Shown in pieces: positions 42,663-52,184 of a stretch of DNA of 64,000 nt. This stretch comes from Myxococcota bacterium. Lineage in GTDB: Bacteria; Myxococcota_A; SURF-8; G963663525. The stretch covers positions 96,001-160,000 of the forward strand of contig CAXXVK010000060.1 of assembly GCA_963676915.2 (NCBI GenBank), in the 5' to 3' direction. Within the stretch, counting starts at the first letter, position 1. Each line of letters opens with the position of its first letter. The position numbers and the translations under genes were made by a program. The notes below the pieces were generated by a model that saw nothing but the letters and a program-made list of their open reading frames with translations, ran no database searches and had not been told where the DNA came from.

Positions 42663-43351
42663 ATGTCGGACGATACACGCTACTTGTATACCGGATTGTG
42701 GATCTCGGTACTGCTGCTCTATCTTTTGGCCGTGTTCAACTCCTTCCACGTATTTTTCGCTGGCCAACCCGATTTCGCTGGGCGCATTCGTATTGATCAA
42801 TGCCCTTTTCGTCGGGGTTTTGCTGACGCTGCGAAAAAACACGAACAAAGCCGTTGAAACCGCCATGGCGACGGACCCGCAATCTTTGATGTACAACTCG
42901 GCTCATTTTTACAGCAGCGTAGAAGCCGAAATCGACCGCTCCAAACGTCGGGACTATACGTTTTCCATCGTTTTACAGCGATATCGACTATTTCCACCGC
43001 TACAATGAAGACTACGGAATGAAGGCCGGTGACGAAGTGCTGGCCCACATGGGCGAGATTCTCACGGGGATGACGCGTAAATACGATATCGGCTTTCGTT
43101 TCGGCAACGACGAGTTCGTCGTACTGCTTCCCGAAACGGACAAAGTGCAGGCCCGTTTCATCGCCGAACGAATCGGCGAAGCCTTCGGTCGCACGTATGA
43201 GGGTTCCTTGTCGTTAAGCATGGGAATCGCCCAATGGATCGAGGAGGATTCGGTCGATACCCTTCTGAGAAAAGCCGAAGAGGCCATGAACGAAGCCCGT
43301 CGGGGCGGAGGCAACCTGATCCGTACTCACATCGACCGGGGGCAGGTTTGA
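42663..43351 (+). CDS. Membrane-anchored GGDEF-domain protein with a GNDEF variant; apparent frameshifts near 42780 and 42972
   Basis: N-terminal TM segments; reconstructed DIDYFHRYNEDYG; AGDEVL; RKYDIGFRFGNDEFVVLLP; SMGIA. Confidence 0.8.
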
Positions 43352-43423
43352 GCCGAGTAAATTGTCATATCGCAGAGCATTATTGAAGCTGTAAATCGCT
43401 GTCAAGTATCGAAAACATCTCGC

Positions 43424-43596
43424 GTAGGTCGGGCAAATTTCTTGCCCGACAATGCCAAGGTGTAGGACTACAGGCCGTTGACAAACCCCACATTGAACAA
43501 GTTTTTCACCTGTAACTTATTGAAATTATTGAAGCTCAAAAACGACAAAACCACTTGTCAGCAGACTGTGTCGGGCTAAAAATTAGCCCGGCCTAC
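43424..43596. repeat. REP family A doublet interrupted by a MITE
   Basis: GTAGGTCGGGCAAATTTCTTGCCCGACAATGCCAAGGTGT...TGTCGGGCTAAAAATTAGCCCGGCCTAC. Confidence 0.85.
43471..43568. mobile_element. 98-bp AT-rich MITE nested in the REP doublet
   Basis: Ends CAGGCCGTTGACAA and TTGTCAGCAGACTG (reverse complement CAGTCTGCTGACAA, 11/14 match); absent from the intact doublets at 16672 and 54762. Confidence 0.7.
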
Positions 43597-43645
43597 TACT
43601 CCGACAACCCATTTCCTGCCTAGAGTGCTGAAATCATGAACGTCT

Positions 43646-43671
43646 GGACCAGGATACAATCCTGCTCCATC
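43646..43671. repeat. REP family B single copy
   Basis: GGACCAGGATACAATCCTGCTCCATC. Confidence 0.75.
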
Positions 43672-43745
43672 ATTGGGGACTCATTGAAATGAATGAGGTT
43701 TTCAATCTCAAGCTAACACGTTTTACTCGCTCCAGGGCCAGCGAA

Positions 43746-45755
43746 TCAGGTAATCGCCACTGACGATGGTTTTATCCCCAGCCTGGCGTGAATGCGCACG
43801 TAGCTTCGGGTGTCATTCGTTCCCTGTAATACGTATTGACCTTCGGTGGCGGCGGGTGCGTCAACAGTCGCTTCTTGTCCGTAATCGGGAATATCGTCGC
43901 CCCATTCCACACGATAGGTCGCCGCTTCGCTGCATGTCCAGGTGATCGTCGCGGTCAGACCGTCACGCTGGATTTCGATATCCGTAATCAACAACTGGCT
44001 TCGCTCGACGGGCTGGGTGTTGTCCGCTACCAGTTTCTCGGCTTCGTCGGCGAAACGGCGCATGTCCGAAGGTCGAGCCGGATAGGCTTCCCCCACTTCC
44101 GCTTCGGCCTCATCGGCGGTTTCGCGCAGGCGGTCGATGCGTATCGGATCATGCCGTCGTTGTCGTCCAGGTAGCGCACCCAAAGGATTTCCGCCACCCA
44201 TGTCCAGGCACGCAAGGCATAGTGATGCACGCGCAGTCGTTTGTGCAAGTCCTCGTAATCGCTGGCATTCAACGAATCTTTGATGGATTCCAGATCGGCG
44301 AGACTCAAGGCCACGAGACTCAACGCCTCCTGTTTTTCCTGGTGGATTTCCTCGATGGTGGCCATGTCGGGACTTTTCAGCCTGTCGAACCAGCTCTCGT
44401 AGTCGGGATCGTACAGCGCCATGTTGCGGCTATCAATTCGTTGGCTACGATTTTTTCCGGCATGGAAGATCCTTTTTCCAAGGCCCAGAAACCGAGAATG
44501 TAATACATCTTTCGATTGAAATCGTACGATCTTTCCAAGGCTCGCTGTAATACTTTTCCTTCTGTACTATTTTTCGTAATACTATACTTGCTTTCGAGCC
44601 AACTCTGCCAAAGGTCGTCGTGTACGTTTTTATAGCCGTGTTCGTGCAGGTAGGAAATGGCAAAGACGTTGATTTCGTTGGGTTGTCCGATAGCATGGTG
44701 GCTTCCTCTCTCGATACGCGAGACCGTGCCCACCCCCTTGTGATTCCATAAATAGTCCCATCGCTCGATGTAGTATTTCGGAGCCATCCACAACAGATAA
44801 GAAAGTCCCCAGTATTCTCCGGCCAGATCCAGCTCGACCACCGACGGGCGCGGTCCCTACGTCGCCGATCAGCTTGTTGTCCGGGTAGTAGGGTTCCCAG
44901 TCCTGGGGCTGGTCTTTGCTCATACCGTAGAAATTCACATCTTCGCCAATGGCCCGCAGTCCGGTGCCGATGTATTCCAACTCTTGCGGAGAATGGATGA
45001 AGGACCGGACGTACATTCCCTTCCCCAGTTCGTTAACCACGACCCTCACCGACGACACGAGTCACCTGTGCCACCCGGTCTCCACCGTAGGGCCACAGCA
45101 CCGACAATTGATCGTCGGGTACGTCCTCCTCGTCGGGTTTGTTCTCTTCGCACCAGTCGCACGTACAGATGGAGTACCAGATGTCGGGGCTTGCGGAACC
45201 GTACATCAGGACGATGCCGTCGATGTCGGGTTGTTGCTCGAAAAACAGCCGGTAGGCATCACGTCGCTCGTCCCAGAACGGATCTTCGGGATCGAAACAA
45301 ACGGTGAGCCGATTGCCGGTAAACTCATGCGCCCAGGCGAAAACCTCCAAACCTTCCGCTTTGGCCAGGCTCGCCGCGTCGGCCAGACGTTCGCGCTTTT
45401 GCAGGCTCTCCTCGTCGTCGAAAATCACCTCGTCGATATCCATAATCAGGTCGTGGCTCAACTGAACGTGGTTGACGCCGAAATCCTTTGCCATTTTCAC
45501 GACTTCGGCAACGTGTTCCAGGTCGGAGTCCAATAGAATCCATCCGTTGACCGCTTCGTAGCGGCTGCGGTCGAAGGTCCACTGCTCGGTGGTTTCTCCG
45601 TTTTCGGTGGAGTCCGACTCTTCCGAAATCTCCGACAGGTCGGTATCGCTATCTCCTGCTACGGTGGAATCATCCGAGGAGGAACAGGCGATCAGGAAAA
45701 ATCCCAAAAGAACTGCAAGCCACGGTTGAACGTAGAATTTTCGAGAAATATTCAT
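43746..45755 (-). CDS. Lipoprotein with a putative carbohydrate-active TIM-barrel domain and a C-terminal FN3-like domain; about four apparent frameshifts
   Basis: Lipobox LIAC and acidic linker; five consecutive overlapping minus-strand ORF pieces read as one protein (GVNHVQLSH, PDIDGIVL, MSKDQPQDW, VELDLAGEYWG). Confidence 0.55.
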
Positions 45756-46105
45756 AGGTTGAAGCTCCATTCGAAACATGTTTTCTATTTTCGAAAAAAC
45801 GGTTGATTGCGAAATAAATGCCGTTTCTTTGTCTCCGCAGAGTATACCGTGCCGTTCCGAACTTAGACAGGTCAATGGAAAAGTTGAAAAAGTCGAAATT
45901 TTCTGGCACAATACTATAACATTGGGATCGTCTAACGAGGGACTGGACTGCCACACGTGCATTCATAGCGGCGAATCGTGTTTCGTGCAAGGCTCGAATG
46001 AAAAACACATGAAACTCCAGCGGGAGTTGTCGTCCGTTTGAAAGCGAAGAAACCAAGATAAAAATGGGTAAAACGCTCTAAATGAGCGATATTTCCAGCT
46101 TTTGC

Positions 46106-46134
46106 TTGACAGTACAAGACCCCTTCCCTAGACT
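46106..46134 (+). promoter_or_regulatory. Putative sigma70 promoter
   Basis: TTGACA-17 bp-TAGACT about 95 bp upstream of ATG 46228, which has an AAGGAG RBS. Confidence 0.6.
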
Positions 46135-46227
46135 TCGGGGTTGCTTGAGAGCAATGTTGTATTCAGGTTTGGTTTGGTGGCGTATCGAAGCGCTGCACCC
46201 TGTTCGATTTAACAAGGAGATCATCTG

Positions 46228-47540
46228 ATGAAGAAGCTTCACTTTCTGTTCTTAGCGGCGCTGTTCGCTTTTTCTGTCGGCATCGGCGGCTGTCTCGATC
46301 TTGGAGATGACGAGGGAGACAACAACAACGACAACGGCGGCGACGAAGACGTCGATAGCACGGACACCAACCCTTACATAAATCCCAATACTTGCAGCGG
46401 TTCCTGTATCGCCAACGAAACCACCTGCCTGCCCAATGGTGCCGGTGGATATACCTGGTGCATCTGCCCTCCGACCACCCTCGTCTGGAGCCCGCAGGAT
46501 TGCTCTACCCGTTGCGGCGACCAAGCCGTGCTCGGTTGCGCGGACGACCCGGATGATTCTCTTGGAGCCAAAGCCGTATGCATCTGCGGCGAAGAAGCCA
46601 GCCATAATTGCGGAAACGGCACCATCGACGAAGGCGAGGAATGCGAACCCACCGACATCTCCAACTGCGACACCGGTGAAACCTGCAGTTCCACCACGTG
46701 CATGTGCATGAATGAAAGCCAGGGTGACTGCGGCAACGGCACCATCGACGACGATGAGGAATGCGAGCCGACCGATCTCTCCAACTGCGCCACCGGCGAA
46801 ACCTGCAACTCCGTAACCTGCCTGTGCGAAGACGGAACCGATCCCTACTGCGGCGACGGCACGGTCAACGGCACCGAAGAGTGCGAACCCACCGACCTGT
46901 CCAACTGCAACACGGGTGAAACCTGCAACTCGGTGAGCTGCCTGTGCGAAGGCGGAACGGAACCCTACTGCGGCGACGGCACGGTCAACGGCACCGAAGA
47001 GTGCGAACCCACCGATTTGTCCAACTGCAACGCGGGGCGAGTCCTGCAACTCGGCGACCTGCGTGTGCCAGGGTGGCAACACCGGCGACGGCACTTGCAT
47101 CAGCTTCGGAAGCACCCTGGAATGTCGTCAGGGATGCACCCCGCAAGCCAACACCTGTGGTGACGGTTTCCAATGCTACGGCTATGCCGGTTCAACTGGT
47201 TCCGAGCTTGTTCTTGGTGGTGGTCGCTGTGTCCTGCTGGCGGAAACTCAGGCGGAATGGGATAACTGGGTTGCCTCATTGGATTCCTGCACCGACACCT
47301 GCCCCACCGGCTACGTTTGCCTCGGGTAGCAGTGAATCAGGCACTTGCTTCCCGGAATGCAACATCACGAGCGACACCTGCCCGTCGGATTACTTCCCAG
47401 GCTACGAAAACTACAACAAAGTTCCGTGGGCCTGCGTTGGCTACGAAGCCACCGATGGCAGCACCGTGGGTCTGTGCGAGCCGTGGGGCGATGCTCCCAC
47501 CTGCTCTACTGCGGGAGAAGCCTGCGATCCTGTAGACTGA
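46228..47540 (+). CDS. Cys-rich repeat lipoprotein (myxobacterial CGNG/CGDG repeat type); apparent frameshifts near 47036 and 47325
   Basis: Lipobox IGGC; CG(N/D)GT...EECE repeats; the Cys-rich reading continues in ORF 47063-47329 and in the 3' part of 46944-47540. Confidence 0.8.
46609..47070 (+). repeat. Four tandem 120-bp (40-aa) coding repeats
   Basis: Units start at 46609, 46729, 46849 and 46969; the third and fourth are nearly identical at DNA level. Confidence 0.9.
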
Positions 47541-47559
47541 TTCTCTGATTTCTCGAAAT

Positions 47560-47599
47560 AAAAACGCCTCTTCGGTATTTTGCCGGAGAGGCGTTTTTT
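47560..47599. terminator. Bidirectional intrinsic terminator
   Basis: AAAAACGCCTCTTCGGTA..TGCCGGAGAGGCGTTTTTT. Confidence 0.85.
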
Positions 47600-47650
47600 A
47601 TTACGTTCTTACCCCGAATATTTCATGAAAAATGGAAAATCTCTCGTTAA

Positions 47651-47826
47651 ACCCGCATAATTCATGAGGATCGTAGCGAGACGCCGAAAACCGAAGAGCT
47701 TTCATGAAGTTGGAGCGATTTTCACCCGCAGGCATACTGGACAGTCTGTCGAGGATGAAAATCGGGAAACGAGTGAAAGATCGAGAGTTTTCAAGTCGTA
47801 GTAGATTCTTCATGAAGTATGCGGGT
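47651..47826. mobile_element. MITE, copy 2 (176 bp, inverted relative to copy 1)
   Basis: Terminal repeats ACCCGCATAATTCATGA / TCATGAAGTATGCGGGT, flanked by TAA on both sides. Confidence 0.85.
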
Positions 47827-47919
47827 TAAGGTTCACAGTCTCCTGGCTTTCAGTCGTGAAACTGTGGCGCCCAATGATTTGAATGTACAGGTTTTTTTGC
47901 TTTTACCTTACAGCCGGTC

Positions 47920-49254
47920 TCAATCGGAGGCTCGCCGGGCACGTTCCTCGTTGAGCATCCGTTGGATGGAGTCGCGCACCTGTTTCGACAACCGACCGAT
48001 AGCCACTCGATCGTCGGCAGCCTCCGGCCCGAAGCGGTTGACGTAGATCGGTTCGCCGAAACGGATCGTCCATTTCACCGGGAAAGGTACGAGTCCCGCC
48101 GGTCCCAGCCAAGGGAAAGTCGGCGTAACCGGGAAGTACGGCAGCTTGAACAGTCGGGCGATTCCCCGAACGTTGCCCACGATAGGATGGGTTTCCTCCG
48201 AACCGATGACGGCTACGGGAATGACGGGGGCGTCGGTGGTCAGACTGAGCTTGATATACCCACCCCGACCGAAACGCTGAAGCTGATAGCGCATACTGTA
48301 TGGCTTGTTGATACCTTTGATCCCTTCCGGGAATACCAGAACCGCTTCGTCCTGCAACAGCAGACGCTGGGCGTTTTCCTGGCAGGCCCGGATGAATCCC
48401 AGCTTGTTCAGCGACACCCCGAGAATCGGCGGGTAATAGAAAAAGTCTTCGACCATGGGCCAGACGTTACGGGACGCGGCATGCTCCCGATGAACCGCCG
48501 ACATTACCATCAGACCGTCGTAAGGCAGGATTCCCGAATGATTTCCGACCAGTAAAACACGACCGTTTTCCGGAATATTGGAGACGCCACGGACCTGAAC
48601 CCGCCACCAGTACTTGTAAAGAAACGAAACGATGGGGTCTAGTTTCTCGCGGAACTTCGGATCGAAGCCCAGTTCTTCGCCGGGAGTGGTTTCTTCGAGC
48701 CGTAGTTTGTCGTAATAGGCGGGATTGCCAACGAATGCGTGTGGATTTTCGGCATATTTCACGGGAAGCTGCACACTTCCCACTTTCGAATTCGCCGTAT
48801 GAGTTGTACCGCCTTCTGCGGCCAGTACTTCGACGTCCGGTTTTAGGGGTGTGGTTTTCTTTTTCGCAACGGGACGTTTTTTCGCCACCGTTTTTTTGGA
48901 TGACGCTGCGGCCTTTGCCGTCTTTTTCGTTGCGGTTTTTTTCGACGTATCGCTTTTTTTCGCGGTCTTGGACATTTTGGCCGCTGTGGTTTTGGTTTTG
49001 GAAGACGCCGTTTTCTTTTTCGCGGTCGTACTCTTTTTGGCCGTTTTTTTCGGTGCCTTGGAGCTTTTGGTTTGTTTCGTCGCGGTCTTTTTCGACGCCT
49101 TCGGAGAAGAGGCGGCTTTTCTTTTTTGAACGGTCTTTGCGGGTTTTTCCTCGGCCTTTTTCTTCGGCTTGTCGGGATGGTTTTCGTTCAAACGGTTCGA
49201 CAGGGGATCGTTACCCAGTACGCTGTTCTTTTTACTGGCCACGGTTTGCCTCAA
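47920..49254 (-). CDS. PlsC-like lysophospholipid acyltransferase with a Lys/Ala/Thr/Ser-rich histone-H1-like N-terminal region
   Basis: GNHSGILPYD (HxxxxxD), VFPEG, RFGRGG, PVIPVAVIG; TTG start overlaps the upstream stop. Confidence 0.88.
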   Translation of the reverse strand: MRQTVASKKNSVLGNDPLSNRLNENHPDKPKKKAEEKPAKTVQKRKAASSPKASKKTATKQTKSSKAPKKTAKKSTTAKKKTASSKTKTTAAKMSKTAKKSDTSKKTATKKTAKAAASSKKTVAKKRPVAKKKTTPLKPDVEVLAAEGGTTHTANSKVGSVQLPVKYAENPHAFVGNPAYYDKLRLEETTPGEELGFDPKFREKLDPIVSFLYKYWWRVQVRGVSNIPENGRVLLVGNHSGILPYDGLMVMSAVHREHAASRNVWPMVEDFFYYPPILGVSLNKLGFIRACQENAQRLLLQDEAVLVFPEGIKGINKPYSMRYQLQRFGRGGYIKLSLTTDAPVIPVAVIGSEETHPIVGNVRGIARLFKLPYFPVTPTFPWLGPAGLVPFPVKWTIRFGEPIYVNRFGPEAADDRVAIGRLSKQVRDSIQRMLNEERARRASD

Positions 49255-50240
49255 TTCTTCGGTTTCCGGTGAACGTGATGGGCCGCCATCAGGGCGTCTC
49301 GTGAACTGTATTCGGGAACGAACCCGATTTCTTCCGCTGCCTTGGTGCCGTCAGCTACCCAGGGATATTGCAGGTAGCGGGTCAGTTTGTCGGGGATATC
49401 CGACAACTTCAGGCTCCACAACACGCTGGAGAGCGGTTCCCATGCACGTAAAGGAAGGCGAACCGGACGGGTTGCCATCGTTTTCAGGGTTTCGGAATAG
49501 CGCAAGGTGCCTTTTCCAACGATGTTGTAAATTCCCGGATGGTCTTCATCAATCACCTTTTTATAGGCTCTAAACAGGTCGTCTTCGTGAATGAATTGCA
49601 TCAGCGGATCGTAGCCGATCAGTTTGACCGCTCGGGGTTGAATCAGCATGTTGGAAAGGAAATTGATGGCGGTCGGTCCCATGGTGGTACAGGCGCGGAG
49701 GATCGTCACCACCTTGTCGGGGTGACGCTGTGCAAACACCTGGAGTTGACGCTCGGTTTCCAGCTTTTCCGTAACCATGCTGTTGCGGCTGTCGCCGTCC
49801 ACTTTATGATTTTCGGTGTAAAATGCCGGACCTTTGGGTTTTGCACCGTAAATCGCGGTAGTCGAACGAGCCACGACCTTGCGTACGCCCGCCGCTTCGC
49901 AGGCATCGAGCATATGCATCGTGCCGATGGCTTCGATTTCGTGGGCAATGGATCGGCTGCGCGAAAGACCGTAGCTGAAAATCAGGTGGCAGAAGGTGTC
50001 CACGTTTTCGTTCGTCAAAATCTTCGAGATGATCTGCGAGGCCGATGGCAGGGTCATATCGACCTTGTAGTAAACTAGGCGACCATCCTGAGATGGCGGT
50101 TGCCGGGTGTCGAAAAGCACGACTTTGCGCGTATTCGGATCAGCCAGCAGACTGCGTGTCAATCCTGCCCCCAGAAAATTGGCTCCCCCACTGATGGCGA
50201 CTACGCGGCCATCCGTTGTAGGATTCGTTTCCTTCGTCAT
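49251..50240 (-). CDS. NAD-dependent epimerase/dehydratase family protein
   Basis: AISGGANFLG, GTMHML.AC, STTAIYG, GYDPLMQFIHEDD; ATG after GGAGGGG. Confidence 0.88.
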   Translation of the reverse strand: MTKETNPTTDGRVVAISGGANFLGAGLTRSLLADPNTRKVVLFDTRQPPSQDGRLVYYKVDMTLPSASQIISKILTNENVDTFCHLIFSYGLSRSRSIAHEIEAIGTMHMLDACEAAGVRKVVARSTTAIYGAKPKGPAFYTENHKVDGDSRNSMVTEKLETERQLQVFAQRHPDKVVTILRACTTMGPTAINFLSNMLIQPRAVKLIGYDPLMQFIHEDDLFRAYKKVIDEDHPGIYNIVGKGTLRYSETLKTMATRPVRLPLRAWEPLSSVLWSLKLSDIPDKLTRYLQYPWVADGTKAAEEIGFVPEYSSRDALMAAHHVHRKPKN

Positions 50241-50697
50241 GCAATCCCCTCCCGCGTCGTTGATCTTGGATCGCAGCCGTTCAACGGCTTTGTGCGACAT
50301 CGACCCTTCCGGCGAGTTCGAACCTTTTCCCGGTCCGATCCGCAGCAGGTATCGTATGCATTTCACAAAGAGGTTGACGGTTGCTATCCGAAAACGAAGT
50401 ATAGCATACCAAACTGAAAATGGAAGACCTGCAACAGGGATTGCACGACAAGGGCGTGGATTTTATGGAGAAAACGGAATGACAAAGCTGATAAAAACGA
50501 ATTTCACACATGGTCGATAGTTTCTCTGGATTTCCACACAAACGCTCGCCATTCTCCTTGTGAAAAGAGAAGGTTCCATGGTAAGGTCTGCCGTCGAAAG
50601 TGTGTGAATGCAACAAACGGAAAGCGTTCCGGCGCGGCTCGAAAAACTTCGGGCAGACGGAGCGTTGTCCCGTTTCCAGGTCAAAGGAGTCGTATCG

Positions 50698-51903
50698 ATG
50701 AAACGGATTGTACCCGTGTTATTTCTGATACTTGCTCTCACGGTCCATGTGGCCTGCGAGAGCGGTGGCGAAGAATCGTCCACCGCAAAAACGGCAGAAT
50801 CCGGCAAGGCCGTCCTGCCGAAAGCCAAGGTTTCCAACAAGTTGGCGAAACTGAAAAACGCCAAAACCTCCAAGACGAAATCCGCCGCTCCGACCAAGGC
50901 GATGTCGACCAAAGAGATTGCCGCAAAATTCCCGGACGGAAAATACCCGGTGTTGTCCGTAAAGGACCAGGAGTTCGATTTCGGAACGGTGCAACAGGGT
51001 GAAGACGCCAAACACGTCTTCGTCTTGCGCAACAACGGCAAGGCGATGTTGAACATCGAAAAAGCCAAAGGATCTTGAGGCTGCACGGCCGCCATCGTTT
51101 CCGAGGCGGACGTTCCCCCGGGTGGGGAAGCCAAAGTGGAAGTCAAAGTCAGCACTCGTGGCCGCAAAGGCATGTTGAAAAAAAGCATTCGGGTGTATTC
51201 CAACGATCCGGCCAGCCCTGTGACCACCCTGACTATGAAAGGCACGGTGGAAATCGAGTTGGGATTGGATAAAACCTATCTGCGTTTACACGATCTCGAA
51301 ATAGGCAAAACTCAGGAAAACCGCATTCAAATCGTTGCAAAAAGCCTCAAAGGGCTTTCGTTTGGTGCGGTCGATAGCGGAAATCCCGATGTCGTGGCTT
51401 CGATCGTCTGGGACAAAGATGCGAAAGGTCAGCGAACGCCGTTTTTGGAAGTCAAGGTCACGCCTACGAAACTCGGAAGGCTCTCACGTACGGTGAAAGT
51501 CGCCACGAACCGTGAGAATCCCAAAGAACTCGTGCTGCGGATTTCGGGAGAGGTCAGCGGCGACCTGACGATACAGCCGAAAAGCATCACGTTTTACGGA
51601 AGAAACGACAACAAACCGCAAGAACGGTTCATCACGGTTTCTTCGAAGAAAAAATCCTTCAAAGTGGTTTCCGCAAAAGACACCAAAGGCGAATTGAAAA
51701 CCAAGGTTCAGGCGATCGAGAAAGACAAGCAATACAAAATCACCGTATCGCCCCCGGAGAACATCTCGAAGAATTTCAGCACCAAACTGACGGTCACCAC
51801 AAATCATCCCGACCAGCCGACGCTTGAAATTCCCATTCACGTGCGAATTCCGAAACCTCGTCCGCTTCCGAAAAAACCCGGAGTGGGACTCAAAAAGAAG
51901 TAA
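50698..51903 (+). CDS. DUF1573 / Ig-like domain lipoprotein, probable selenoprotein (in-frame UGA at 51076-51078)
   Basis: ORFs 50608-51078 and 51136-51903 are in the same frame. Read-through gives FDFGTV..H.F.LRNNG..L.I.KAKGS-U-GCTAA...VPPGGEAKVEV, matching the DUF1573 S-C-G-C-T motif. Lipobox HVAC; AAGGAG RBS. Confidence 0.85.
51089..51109 (+). promoter_or_regulatory. Candidate bacterial SECIS hairpin
   Basis: CCGCC-A-TCG-TTTC-CGA-GGCGG begins after a 10-nt spacer downstream of the UGA. Confidence 0.55.
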
Positions 51904-51920
51904 CGGTTTTTTAATCGATA

Positions 51921-51956
51921 GAAAAGGGCGGACCCACCACGGTCCGCCTTTTTTTT
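51921..51956 (+). terminator. Intrinsic terminator
   Basis: AAAAGGGCGGACC-CACCAC-GGTCCGCCT followed by a T run. Confidence 0.85.
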
Positions 51957-51972
51957 GTATCGAACCCTACAG

Positions 51973-52051
51973 GATGGAGCAGGATTGTATCCTGCTCCTC
52001 ACGTTTTGCTTTAAGAAAACCATGAGGACGGGGATGCAATCCCCGTCCATC
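51973..52051. repeat. REP family B doublet
   Basis: GATGGAGCAGGATTGTATCCTGCTCCTCACGTTTTGCT...GGACGGGGATGCAATCCCCGTCCATC; the first arm and the start of the spacer are identical to those at 39648. Confidence 0.85.
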
Positions 52052-52184
52052 GATGTTCGAAAATCCGCTGATTTTCAGCTACACTGTTTCTTTGTATTGC
52101 TGTTACAAGTGACAGATTTCACTTGATAAAACAGAAAACTGCCTCGTTTTGTTTCAAGATTGGCGCCATGATTCGAGCTACCTG

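Noticed and set aside
47327-47329. TAG in the Cys-rich lipoprotein as possible pyrrolysine or read-through
   Set aside because: A TGA follows two codons later in the same frame, and the sensible continuation (SSESGTCFPEC) is in another frame, so this is a frameshift.
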